Below are positions 28,725 through 41,879 of a stretch of DNA of 64,000 nt, piece after piece. The notes beneath the pieces are model-generated. The model was not told where the DNA came from. It saw only the letters and a list, made by a program, of their open reading frames with translations, and searched no databases. Location of the stretch: assembly GCF_036588685.1 (NCBI RefSeq), contig NC_086374.1, forward strand, positions 13,888,001 to 13,952,000, in the 5' to 3' direction. How positions within the stretch are numbered: position 1 is the first letter of the stretch; each line of letters opens with the position of its first letter. The translations under genes were made by a program, and so were the position numbers. Origin of the DNA: Mytilus trossulus. Taxonomy: Eukaryota.

Positions 28725-29475
28725 TATCACAGTGTAGATACTATTCTGTACGCTATCCGGAAGTCGAGATTTTCGAAGCGAGGACTTTCAAACTGGCTAA
28801 CAGAACGGTTTTGTTTTGGTGCATTTTCTCATCATTTGTTTACTCCTATATCTATAAAGTGTTTTGCACATCTTAAATGTATGTATAGCATCATAAATAT
28901 TAGTAACTGTAACAAAAACATGCAGTAGAATATAAAATATACGTGTGCATCACACCAACTTCATAGAAAAAAAGTGAAATCGATGGACAATTTTGCTCCC
29001 GTAGTACAAATCAAATGATCTTTTATTGCAAATATTTGCATCAGTTTACAGTTAAACATATACTGTTTCAATATTCTTACCGTATATAAGTAGAATGTTC
29101 GTATTTCAAATAAAAAATATGCTTTCCGTGAGGATCCCAAAATAAATTACTGTACGATCAGTCTAAAAGTAACTGTATTCTAGTAGCGATTTCATATTTT
29201 TTGTCTGTATAACCAGTCGTGATTTTGAAGAAAAAAAAACAACGGCAATTTGAAGGTATATACGTGTCTATGTGATATTATGATTGTGTCCATGGAACTA
29301 TAACGTGTAATTTCTTTCATCAGACAATACAAATATATTTCTGATGATTTTTGTAGACTGCAAAATAATTATATTTTGTTCCGTCAGTCTTATTTAAAAT
29401 CAAATACATAAAAAGCGATACATGATTCGCTTGTGGACTTTTTATTAGTGTGTCGTTGCAGTAATCTGTTTAACT

Positions 29476-31303
29476 ATAACATTAATTAGCTGTATAGGGA
29501 AATTATTTACTTCCATTATCAATACTCGATTGAATTTTTTTGCAAATGAAATTTCACTTATACATGAAAATCAGGCTGGCTTTAGAAAGGGGTATTCAAC
29601 TGTAGACAATATTTTTGTGCTTCATGCACTCATAGAGCTGTATTTCTCATTTGGAAAAAAACTTTTTTGTACTTTTGTAGACTTTCGGAAAGCATTCGAT
29701 ACTGTATCAAGAGCTGGTTTATGGGAAACACTTCAATTGAGTAATATTAAAGGGAAGTGCTTTAAAGTTATTTTTAATATGTACCAAGGAATCAAATCAT
29801 GTGTAAAATGTAATGGATGTCAGTCAGATTTTTTTCCCTGTTTAGCAGGTGTAAGACAGGGGGAGAATTTATCGCCGTTTTTGTTTTCAATTTTTCTTAA
29901 TGACTTAGAAGAATACTTTAAGAATCTAGATGGGATTCCACTAGAAACTGTTAAAGAGAAGTTTCAAAGTGAATTGCACATATTTTTTGAATTATTTGTT
30001 ATATTATATGCCGATGATACTGTAATTTTATCTGAAACAGAAGAAGGTATGCAGATATCATTAAATATTTTTCAATCATACTGTGAAAAATGGAAATTAG
30101 AAGTCAATTTAAATAAAACAAAGGTGATGATTTTTAGAAAGAGAAAAAGTAAGAAGAAATTTAAATTTTTATTACAAGACAAAGAACTTGAGATTGTCGA
30201 AAATTTTTCTAATTTAGGTGTTATCTTTAAATATAACGGTACTTTTTTAGATACCAAAAAGAAACTAATTGATCAAGCCCATAAATCGATGCATTTTATA
30301 CATAGAATTGTTAAAAACGAAAACATTCCTATAGATTTACAACTGAAATTATTTGATTCCATGATAGAACCCATTCTTTTATATGGTTCTGAAGTTTGGG
30401 GTTTTGAGAATTTGAAAATTATTGAACAGATGCATTTGAAATTTTGCAAAAGAATTTTAAAAGTTAGAAATACTACACCCAATTTTATGGTGTATGGAGA
30501 ATTGGGAAGATTCCCTCTGCAAATTCGAGTTAAATGTAGAATGATTTCGTATTGGTGTAAAGTTGTAAACAATAGCAGTAAACTCAGTAGTTCTTTGTAC
30601 AGGCTGATGTTATCATTGAAGAATCATGGCCATTATGTTTTCAAATGGATTGATTCTGTCGAATCAATATTTAACAACACTGGTCTAGGATATATTTTCA
30701 TGAACCAAATTGGCTTTTGTGATAAAACTTATCTCGATCGTATATTGAGTGATCAGTTTATTACCTCATGGTTTGGCGACATCCCGGGGACAATTTTATG
30801 GGTCATTTAAAAAGGACTTTGGACTAGAAAAATATCTGATCAGACTATCTGAACAGAATAGAGGGTGGATAACTAAATTAAGGACATCGAACTTACGTAT
30901 TCCAATTGAGACAGGCCGTTGGCAAAATATACCTAGACCAGAGAGAATGTGTACTTTATGTCATAAATTTATTGGTGATGAATTTCATGTTTTATTTGTA
31001 TGTCAACATGATTCTATTGTTAATTATAGAAACAAATACTTACCTAAATATTATACTATTAATCCTCAATATATTAAAATGGAAGGATTATTGTCCATAT
31101 GTAATATGAAGGTCTACAAACGATTGTCATTTTTTATTAAGAAAATTGCTTGTTTATTCTAAAATATTTACCATTATTATTGTATTTCTATGTTTAGATA
31201 GTACTGCATGCTCATTTCGTCATTCAATTGTTTATGTATTATACTTTGACCTCATGTTACACATTTATGTGTCTGAGCGTTATCAATAAATCTTGCAAAT
31301 CTT
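29476..31303 (+). mobile_element. 5'-truncated, relatively young LINE (RTE-X-like) with RT and C-terminal zinc finger
   Basis: 'ITLISCIGKLFT', 'ENQAGFRKG', 'FVDFRKAFD', 'GVRQGENLSPFLF', 'LYADD', then 'IETGRW...CTLC...DEFHVLFVC'; ends with AATAAA and a short tail. Confidence 0.92.
29530..31162 (+). pseudogene. LINE ORF2 remnant (RT, no endonuclease), single frameshift near 30780
   Basis: ORFs 29530-30810 and 30749-31162 overlap in different frames. Confidence 0.9.
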
Positions 31304-31429
31304 ACTATTACATTTTTAAAGACACCGTCTGCCGTTGACCAATTCAGTGGTGATAACATACATCGAGCTTTTCTCTTTTAAAATGACAAAAAATAGAAAG
31401 AGAAAGCTTTGTTTAAAAACTTTAGGTAT

Positions 31430-32372
31430 TGAGCAAAGAATTGACGAAATTATATCCCGCCACTTCTATAGTCCATGTTTTGGAAAAAAATAGACCACAA
31501 ATAAAACCAAATTATAGGTGCACAGGGGCATCATTAAATAACGAATATGTGGAAGTTTTATTAATATATGGTAAGTTTTTGAAAGTTGCGTATAGTAAAT
31601 TGGTATCACCCAATAAAGTAGTGGAAAAGTCCTTATCATGGAACTAGAAAACTGCTGAATTTTCGAAAAATAAAAAAAAGAGGTGGTAAATTTTTTAATT
31701 AAATGATAAGGAAACTGAAAAAGATTAATTAAGTTATGACAAGTGTCTGAAGGAAGTTGTGGATATAAAATAGGTACGCCCAATATAAGGTTATGACAAA
31801 GTCCGTATTTTAGATATAGAAACATCAAAAATATTTTAACCAAAAATTCGAAATAGAAGGACAATAATACATTAATTGATTAAAAATGGAGCAATTTTAG
31901 AATAGTTTAACCATTGGTTTTTGGGATGACGGTTGGAAATACCTACTGGGTGCCCCCATATAATGCAATGTTCAAGTCCGTATCTTATACAAATAAACCC
32001 CATAAAAGATTTTTAATAAAATTCGAAATACATTCCTTTTTTTTTATATAAATAAGGCCGTTAATTTTCTCGTTTGAATTGTTTAACATTTTCATTTCGG
32101 GGTATTTTATTGACAATAGGGATCCGGCGGTTTGAAAATCATTTTTAACTTTCAATGCATTTGTATGTGAACATATATTTGTAATCCTCTATTCTCCTGG
32201 ATTGGACACCCTCTCCATTTAAAAATGTCTGGAAACCCCAATGTATATTAAGTGGTTTATAGGAGATGCGCTTACAAAACCGCGAAACATGTTGTACTGG
32301 TCCAACGGACGAACGGAAAGACGGACTTCATTATCACTATAAACCACCGCTTTACAAAGAGGTGTACAATTG
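31430..32372 (+). mobile_element. Degraded HINE-like element
   Basis: Internal repeated 'aagtccgtat' units; 'ggacgaacggaaagacggac' microsatellite; terminal hairpin 'caccgctttacaaagaggtg'. Confidence 0.5.
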
Positions 32373-33226
32373 CGTGTGAAAGAGACAGATTTACATCCAA
32401 AACAAAGTGAAGGAACTGTGATCAATTATAGGCTACAGTACGGCCTCGAATGTTTGTATAACAATTAAATCTGTGTGTTTGTACAATTTTAAGTATAACG
32501 GAGGACATTTCTGGAACTTATATAAACAAACAAAACTTCCTCTTATCTCAGCAACATTCAAACATCCTTATACTTAATGAAGTAAGTCGAGTACACCCTA
32601 TCAAGCTTAAACATGATTCATAAGTTTTCAGGATGTGAATTTATTGAAATATATTTGTGTTATTTATAAAAATTGCCCCCTTCTAATGTATCGTAAATAA
32701 CTTTGAAATCACCACTAGAATACAGTGAAATAACGACTGATCATACAGTTTCAAAATATACAAGCGAGACTGATCGTACAGTGAGAAATTCAAACAAGTG
32801 TAATTTTCTTATTTCTGGCTTCAAAGATCTGGCTGAAACTTTTACCACCACTTAAAATATACTTTATTTAGGTAATTAAGTCTGGGTTTTACGTTAATTT
32901 GTACAGCAAGGGTGCCAAAAGATTGTTTTTAGGTTCACCGACTGATTTTCCTTAGTGATGCACTTGAAAATCTCTTGATTAAGGCAAAGATACGAATAAT
33001 GAATGTGCTAAATTTAATTATAAACCATTTGTGAATATCGATGTCAGCTGAATTAAGCATTAAGCAATTTACAGATGAACATCTTACCGTTTAATATAGT
33101 ATATCCAACAAATTTAGAATGTGATCCAAAAAGTTCTCGCTTCGAAAATCGCGACTTCCGGATAGCGTACAGAATAGTATCTACACTGTGTGTATCGTTT
33201 CTTTTGTTGACTAGTATATAAAACAA

Positions 33227-33769
33227 CATCTTCGATAGCCAAGGGTTACGATCCACTCCCGCTCTCTTCACCCTTGGCGGATTGAGATAATATTTCGGAG
33301 ACACAAGGTAAGGATTTTTATTGGTTGCAGTAGATACTCGCTGCATCCAATCAAAAAGCGCCTATAACATGATCACGTGTAAATGTTGAAAGTGTTTGTA
33401 AACAATTGCCACGTGTTTATTGTGCAACAAGTCTTTACATCACTAAACATAGGACTATATTTAGTGACAACTTGAATGTTTTTAATCAACTAATAGAAGT
33501 TTCTGTGTATGTTTCATGCACAAATGCATGAATATTGACATATATTTTCGTTTCCGGCTTTACCAAGTGGTTAGAATCTAGACGCTACCGTGTTTTTATC
33601 TCCAAATTGAAGAGTTCAAGTGCTACAATTGGTCAAGAATAATTTATTCGGAATGGGCGTGACTTTAAACTTCCGATAGATGGCGCAACATTGATATCAC
33701 AAATGTTGGCTCAATCTGCCAAGGGTGAAGAGAGCGGGAGTGGATCGTAACCCTTGGCTAGCGAAGATG
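33227..33769. mobile_element. MITE with ~60 bp TIRs and 9 bp TSD (MULE-like)
   Basis: 'catcttcgatagccaagggttacgatcc...' and '...cccttggctagcgaagatg'; flanks ataaaacaa / ataaaaaaa. Confidence 0.92.
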
Positions 33770-36284
33770 ATAAAAAAAACTAATTGGCATATATATGAAA
33801 AAAACCTATTATATAATATTTGAAGCCCTGTGGCTCCTTCTGTTTCCATGAGTTAAGACTCACGTCATACTTCAAATGGCGCAGTTCAGTGTTTATCATG
33901 CAATGGTTTCTATCACATTACTGTGTGAAATACATGATAATGATGTGCATGTTCTCAGTTTTAATATACAATTATTCAACTTGTTGCAGTTGTAAACTTC
34001 GGTGTTGTGAAGTTTTTATTTCTCATAAAAGTACATACTGTATGTACTATTTTTTGATTAAAAAATATATTCTGTAATGAAATTTTTAATCATGAATGTA
34101 TCCAGCATAAACACATTTACAGATCAGATTGCTAATCTAGACAGTAAGTCGTAATGGATATTTTTTCCCTTTCGCCTTATGCTTAAATTAAATGTTTACG
34201 TTATTTCAGATCTGTCTTCTGTGAAATTTCAATCAGAAATTAAGTAAAAATGTCGTCCTATTCCTCACGTACAATATATTACTTACCGCAAAAGTTTGGA
34301 AGAGAAATTAAAACTTGACGCTTTTTTACTATGATACAAGATCGAGTTGTCAACGTTATTGCTTCGGATTGATTGATTATATATTGATGAAACTGATATA
34401 TGATATAATAGAATGTGATTTAAATTAGAAAGAATTTGTGACATGAAGAATTGTTACAGTAAATTGATTCATTGTGTTGGGTCATCGAAGCTGGTTATTT
34501 GATGCCAATCTAGTGTAACAAACTCTGATGACACAGAAATACACGATGTACTGCTCTATATTAAAACTCTGACAATGATTTCACTTTATATCGTTAAAAT
34601 CCTAATAATAACATCTAAATCACAGCCATTGAATAAAATGTAACTTGTGTTCACTAATCTTGTAATAAAATCAGATAATAGAGATTATATAATAAGTGCA
34701 GATGAGTAAACATTTAAACAATTAAAGAAGAATCGGCATATATAATAGGATAACGTATTATTAAAATGGTGTATTTAGTATTGTGTTTTTGTTAGATGTA
34801 TTTCTATTTGCATCCATCTGATGAGTTGAAAACTTCATCAACTGATATTTATAAAATGTTGTTATATTGTTCTGTTACATCACTGTGAAATTATTGAATC
34901 CCATGTAAATCCGCATTATTTGGTTATATACATGACATTGTAGCTCTTTATTTGAGGCTGCGGCGGATTTGCAAATGAGTGTTTTGCAAATTGAAAGTGT
35001 CCAGTGTTCCAAGTCAGGAGCTTGTAGTTCAGTAGTTGTCGATTGTTGCTGTGTAACATATTTGTTTTTTCTTCATTATGTTGTACATAAACTAGGCCGT
35101 TAGTTTTCTTGTATTGTTGTTATACATTTGTCATTCATGGCCTTTAATGCTGCGAACGGGCGTTGGTCATTGTTGAAACCATACAATGACCTATAATTGA
35201 CAATTTCTGTGTCATTTGGTCACTTTTGGAGAGTTGACACATTGGCAATCATACCACTCTTTTTATTTTTAAATTGTATCTAAAATTTCAATGCATTATC
35301 TAAAATTTCAATGCATTATTTATAATTTCAATGCATTAATTTGTATGTGATAACTGTTTATATGTCTTTATGAAACATTTATATGACACTGCACATTTTC
35401 TGCTCATTGACCTTATCATCATGTACCCGAGTTTTTATATTACCTAATCTTTGTTGTAACACAGACTATTTACTTTACGTAAATTGGCCCAGATTTGTTA
35501 ATGCATAGATAGTGGAATCAATTGAACTTTTATACTCTACTGCTATTTTTATTTTCCCCTAACTTTTATTAGACATTTAAATAAATAACCACCTCGGAGT
35601 AAAACAAAGTGTTATATTATTTATAGTAACACATATTAAAAATCTATAGAACTATTTGGAAAATCTTGGTAACTTTTGATAGACATGAACCTTATCCAAA
35701 CACAATGGATATTTTTATGTTTTTGAACAGGTATTATTTTCCGATATTTGCACAGTATTTATCACTTTTAATAAATTGTTAAGATCTATTTAATACCTTC
35801 TTTTAATAAACGAAATAGAAACTTTTCAGGGCCCAATTGAAATTCCATTAGAACAAAAATAGCAATTTTATTGTTGGACGGAAGCTTACTCTTAATGTTA
35901 AAGTACACTTTAGAATCAGCACTTTCAAGTGAAGAACACAACACTTCAGATGTAATTTTTATTTTGGTTTGTCATCAAACATTTTGGAACCACAGTAGCG
36001 TAGAGCTTTTGTATTCAAATGGAAATATAGTCCAAGTAAACTATGATCAACTTTCAATGTCCTACTGGTCTGAATAAGCTACATTGCATGTTATGTTTGG
36101 AGTGAATCTAACAGTTCAATAGTCTTTAGCCAAGTTAATCATTACTGCGACAACATATGAGTTTCACTGTACTGATGTTCAACAAATTATATGCTTGTCT
36201 GAATTAATGTGGAATAAAAAACTCTTACAAAATATTTCTTTCTTTGGTGTTCTGTGAAATTCATATTGTAGTCTTTATGTCTAT

Positions 36285-36422
36285 AGCTGTTCCGGACCAT
36301 ATGAGTATTTGGACCATACGCGTATGGTCATGACCATATGCGTACACTCATAGTCGGGACCATATGAGTATATACTCGTATGGGTATTAACGAGCTGGAC
36401 CACATTAGTATTTAGGCCATAT
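36285..36422 (+). mobile_element. One end of a DNA transposon with GACCATA subterminal repeats
   Basis: 'tagctgttccggaccatatgagtatttggaccatacgcgtatggtcatgaccatatg...'; no partner end found. Confidence 0.6.
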
Positions 36423-36499
36423 TATTATTTTTTTTTAAAATATGAATTACAAACGTCTCAATAATACTTTATCTAAAAAAAAAAATGATGGTTACATGA

Positions 36500-36811
36500 C
36501 AATAAATTAGTTTTGGATGTAACGCGTCTTCTGATTGGCTGACGTTATTTTGTTATGAGCCCATAGACATAATTTAGACTAATCATGTGAACGTGACGTC
36601 ATCAACGTTTTTCATGGTTTTCTACAGTTTAAAATGAAATTTTGAATTAAATTATAAGAAATGACTGTAATATTTTTTCTGTCTTTTCGAAATAACATAA
36701 AAAATGTGGTGCACACTGTTAAATAACCCGCTACGCACGTTATTCAGTGTGCACCAATTTTTTTATGTTATTTCTTCATAGACAGAAAAAAATATTACAG
36801 GCATTCCTTCA
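36500..36811. mobile_element. Crypton-like non-autonomous element with ~150 bp imperfect palindrome (36656-36809)
   Basis: Arms 'gaaatgactgtaatattttttctgtc...ggtgcacactg' and 'cagtgtgcacc...gacagaaaaaaatattacaggcattcc', next to 'ttctgattggctgacg'. Confidence 0.65.
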
Positions 36812-36891
36812 TTGTATTAATTTAAAGGCGTACGTTATACGTTAAAATCAAATATGTTTTCCAAAGTTAATTTTCATCGTTTATAACATTC

Positions 36892-36953
36892 CATCTTCGC
36901 TAGCCAAGGGTTACGACCCACTCCCGCTCTCTTACCCTTGGCTAGCGAAGATG
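36892..36953. mobile_element. 62 bp collapsed copy of the 33227 MITE
   Basis: Same termini; perfect 9 bp TSD 'ataacattc' at 36883-36891 and 36954-36962. Confidence 0.92.
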
Positions 36954-37311
36954 ATAACATTCTTGCATGTAGGCCTATGGTGACATTAACTTCCACTCTT
37001 GGTAGCATCATTTTTTCGCATTTGCACGTCAAGGTTGTGCACGATCGAGTTTATTAATGATACCATGTTTAAATAAAAACGGGTCCTTAACCAATCCAAA
37101 TATCTCAATACAACTCCTATGACACAATTTTCCTTTTCTTGTAAGAACATAAATCTACAGAGATGTTGAAATAAGAACGAGTCCTTAAGCAACCCAAACA
37201 TCTCAGTATTGTCTCTAGAACACACTCTTTTATTTTTGTAACAGTATATTTCTTCAGAGAATCAGTGACCTATCGTATCATTAAATACATATATAGTTTA
37301 TTTTGATGTAT

Positions 37312-37910
37312 TTAAGGTTCATCATAACAAACGGACAAATATGGCTGTATTTACATGCCAAAAATTACTCTGAGTACAGACTTACCTGTAAAGTTGGAAA
37401 AGTTTTAATGCCTAGCATCCACTAGATATAATAAAGTTAGATGCATTTTGTGTTTCAGACAGATAAAATCTCTTTTGGATTTTGATGGGCATTTTTTTTC
37501 CTTCATGCAAAAGGTGTGAAAAATGACTAAGTTGTGGTACAACTATGAGATGTTCCCTCAGGTAAAAAACCGGTTTGTATTGTTTTCACTGTCCTTAATT
37601 GACATGGACACCAGGTATCTTCACAACTACAGGTGAGTTAAAGAGTTTATCTGAGTCAGTGAGTGGACAGTATCAAAGTAATTCAGGTGTTTGTTTATTT
37701 TTGCACCCTCTGCAGAAAGGAAAAAAAATGCCCATCAAAAACCAAGAAAGATTTTATCTTTCTTAAACACAAAATGCATTTAACTTTTATATGTCTAGTG
37801 GATGCTAGGCATTAAAACTTTCCAAACAGCATAGGTAAGTCTGTACACATATAGTAGTTTTTGCGGTGAAAATACGGCCATATTTGTCCATTTGTTATGA
37901 TGAACCTTAA
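37312..37910. mobile_element. TTAA-flanked MITE with ~190 bp imperfect TIRs (Kolobok-like)
   Basis: 'ttaa ggttcatcataacaaa...tttgttatgatgaacc ttaa'. Confidence 0.92.
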
Positions 37911-38366
37911 ATATTTGAGATAGTAAGTCGGTCAATATTACTATTAGTTTCGTCTTGAACCAAACTATGTAGGCAAGTATCTATTTATTATTACTTCAAT
38001 AGTAAAATCATACACGCATATGTACGCATAGATGTTGGTAAGAAATAATTGATTTGATGATTTAATTTCACCTGGTGTTTCGGTTTAGGTTTTATATTAC
38101 CGAGGCATTATCCTCATAAGACAAATTAAAATATGGACCAAATCAAATACACCTTTTAGGGTGCGCTCGACTTTAGTAACTCAGCACGAGGTATTTTGGA
38201 ATTTACAGGTTGCTTATTATATGAACGTTTTATAAAAAACAATCAATAGAACATCATAGAAAAGCAAATTAGTAATCTATGTTTCAAATTTTATAACAAA
38301 AATCCCTGTATTAAAGGCTGTGGATTTTTTATAAAAATCTTGGTTTTATTTGCCACATAGATTCTT

Positions 38367-38518
38367 CACAGGGGCTTGTTACAATTGCCGGGTTTACTAT
38401 CCATACGAACCCCTAAAAAAAGTGTTTTTTTAGGGGTATCCATACGAACCCCTAAAAAAAGTGTTTTTTTAGGGGTTCGTATGGATAGTAAACCCGGCAA
38501 TTGTAACAAGCCCCTGTG
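38367..38518. mobile_element. 152 bp palindromic MITE with 7 bp TSD (P-element-like ends)
   Basis: CACAGGGG...CCCCTGTG with perfect arms; TSD 'gattctt' at 38360-38366 and 38519-38525. Confidence 0.9.
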
Positions 38519-38894
38519 GATTCTTTTTCTACTAATTGCATTGAAACAATAAATAATTAAAAACCAATTGTTCAGTGAACAATTGAAGGTCTTTCCACCA
38601 CTTACAATATAGTTTGATACGAAAACATTGAAATTCAGTTTGAATGTCAATTCCTATAGCTTTATGATGTATAAATATGAATTTCAAGCAAAGGTCAAAG
38701 TCTATGCCTATGACCTTGACATCAATTTCAAGGTCGGAAACCAAAGACCTCAAATCAAAAGACCCTAGGTCCATAATATGTAAGGATAATGACCCTAGGC
38801 CTCTATCACTTATGGTTTACCAGGTAGAAATGCAAATCACTTATATCAAATACATAAGGGGGATTACTCTCATATGGACAAGAGATAACGGTTA

Positions 38895-39450
38895 CAAAAG
38901 ATACAGTTAAGTCTGCCTCATATCTTGACTTACATCTATGACAATGAGGGTCGACTGAAAACAAAACTTTACGACAAAAGAGATGATTTCAGCTTCGCAA
39001 TTCTGAACTTTCAATTTCTAGCAGCGCCTGCATACGGAGTATATATTTCCCATTTGATACGATATTCCCGGAATTGTTTTTCCTATCATAATTTCCTTGA
39101 TAGAGGGTTGCTGCTCACAAGGAAGCTATTAAACCAAGAGTTCTAAATGGTGAAGTTGAAACTACAACCTCCTTCCCTTTTCACGAATGTGACCTACCGA
39201 ATAAGACTATTTACCAGATTAGTAATAAAATAAGCCATACGACGTGTGCCACATGTGGAGGTGACTCTGCTCAACCTTGCGGAGTACATTAGATCAACCC
39301 CAGTTTATGATGGGGTTCGTCTTGCTTAGTCTTTGTTGTGTCTTGTGTATCATTATTTGTCTTTTGTCTGTTTTTTTTGGCCATGGCGTTGTCAGGTTTT
39401 TTTTTATCAATGAGTTTGACTATCCATCTGGTATCTTTTGCTCCTCCTTC
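38895..39450 (+). mobile_element. Penelope-like element RT C-terminal fragment plus 3' region
   Basis: 'DNEGRLKTKLYDKRDDFSF...AAPAYGVYISHLIRYSR'. Confidence 0.9.
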
Positions 39451-41879
39451 ATCCTTGTTTTCATCGGGTTGATAAAATTAAGAAATGAAAGAATGTGTAA
39501 CTACATTATTTGTAGTACTGATTTAGGGCAGATACACTTTACAATTACAGTCCGACTACAGAAATATCAACATACCTCTTTCAAATGTCCGTTCTTTCAT
39601 CCGACAAATTGTAGGACCTTAAACGACAGCAGATATTAAGTTTGATTATATTATGTCAGTTTTGTCTATTTTAATTTTCAAATTGGTCATATAAGGCTAT
39701 GGGACTTTATTTCGTTGAAATTCCATTCTGAGAACCCTGCATCAATATTGAAATGTGTTTCATTTAATATTTACATTGAATCTTTGATTCTTTAGGTATG
39801 ATGCAAGCTCTGACTGTTTATATTTTTGACGTTAATTAATCAAGAATCATTTCTTTACTTGTCTTTCAAGAGTTGTAGAACTTTCATCGTTACAGAAAAG
39901 TACACAAAAATTTCATAACTGATAAAGGAAATGACACAGTAATACTTTCAAAACTATTTTTATAACTAGAACTTAATTTTATATAGTTACCCAGTCCAAC
40001 TATGGAAACTACCCCACAATGAGTCTGATAAATATCTATGACTTTCCCTTCAGTAATATTTCCCCGATATTCATTTATTTACGTGACAGGTTTTGTAATA
40101 TGTGTATTAATTCAGATTGTTTCTAAATCCAGGGATACAATCTAAAATATCAAATATATCGATGGACAGAGACAATGGTCAATCTTCGTGACTAATTCCT
40201 TTGTGATTGTTTCTGGTCTTTGTCCGTGCTTTTATAATTACTCTGTGTACTTAGGTTATCAAATAGTAAAGCATCAGGATTTATCAATTATATATGGGTA
40301 TTACCTCTATTATGAGTTCGATCATATTTCTTCACATGTGAAACGATTACTGATTAGGTTATGATATCCACCGCAATGTGAATATGCAAAAATTATTTTG
40401 TCAAGCCGGACTCAAAGTTAAATAACAAACAAAAGTAGCGAACCCCAAGGAAAATTCAAAACAGGTAGTCCTATTACAATAGCAAAATCAAAAGTTCAAA
40501 CAGTCATATTGGTTAAACATGTTAAACAAGTATAGTTGATTTAAAGTTAGATGGTTTTCCTTCTTTAGAACACATTCCCTCGTGTAATTCAAAATGATTT
40601 ATTGTATCAACAAATTTTACATTGCATTATCAAATATCTAGAACTAGGATTTTTTTTTAATTACTAGTTAAACATGTGTGTATATGCACGTCACAAGTCA
40701 TGAATCTCGAATACCTTTTGTTTTATCTAAATTTTTAGTCGATCATGAAAACTCTGTTCTAGTAGAACATTACCAAATTTAATGTAAGTATCACCTATTA
40801 CAAAACATTTATTAGAGAGACAAAATATACATATACCAGAGGGACATTCCAACTCATAGATAAAAAATAAACTTACAAAGCTTTGGCCAAAAAAAGAAAA
40901 TTCATTTATGAGCATGAGTTTTGAAGGACTATTTACTTGTTTAAATACCAATACAAATAGAATATATTTCAATAATACAACTTTTTTTTAATTGAAGACA
41001 GATAATAGATTGACTTATGACTTTCCTAGTCATTGGAAGATTAAGATCATGCAATTTATAGTCATGCGACCCCGTATGGTGCTATATGTCCACTTTTGAT
41101 GAAAATAGGAATATCTTTTATAGATTTGAGTTATATGTGCCATGATCGATCTCCCAATACAACTATATTACGGGATTCCTTCATTCTACAAGTTTGGGTC
41201 AAACTAGACTGTTCCATCTCCACACTCTCATGAGATAAAAATGTTTTTATTATCCTGTTAGTTCAAAAATGAATATTTCCTTAATGTTTTGTCACCACTA
41301 TTTCACATGAAATTTTGTTGTTTAATAATTGTGATTAAAATTATCTTATTAGTACTGGAATTTAATGGTTTGCATGGATTAAACTCAATCTGCGAGAAAT
41401 TTTTATCAAAGCCAACAGTACAGAATGGGGGATATTACAAAGTCAAAACATCTAAGGTCTATGTCCAAAGGAAATATAGAAATACATTTATGAAACTAAA
41501 TTAATCGTAGTTAAATTTTCTATAATGCTTGTCTAATAAAAACCAATCGAATAAAGAGTTACTCTTTACGATCGTAAAATCTATTATCATATTACTTTTT
41601 ATGTCTCAATCAAATATTCATGATACTGAGCATCAAAACTACGATTTAAATTTTTACCACTACTACCAAATGGAAAATCCGCCAATATTAGATTCAGTCG
41701 AAAAGAATTAAACGATTTATCTTGACAATATGTTGACCAGTTCATGTTTTTTTGTGTTTCTATCTAGTTGACTTCATACTTAAATATGAAATTGCTGGAA
41801 ATGTTAGATTCTATCTAGCAGTATTACTATTTCATGGAAGGTTAAATTTGTAATATAGCTACGTAAAACCTTTCCTAAT

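Larger units (their letters stand above)
27881..33214. mobile_element. 5.3 kb non-autonomous DNA transposon with ~90 bp TIRs and TA flanks, hosting nested elements
   Basis: Left TIR = 27881-27902 plus 28725-28790 (interrupted); right TIR ~33128-33214 is its reverse complement. Internal inverted motif 'actgtacgatcagtct' (~29149) versus 'agactgatcgtacagt' (~32767). Confidence 0.85.

Noticed and set aside
27895-28740. Site-specific recombinase-type integration at GATACAC inverted repeats
   Set aside because: More simply explained as a CAC...GTG MITE with a TA TSD plus a small flank mutation.
35830-37225. Short ORFs 35871-36077 and 36986-37225 as host exons
   Set aside because: No recognisable domain and no consistent exon chain.
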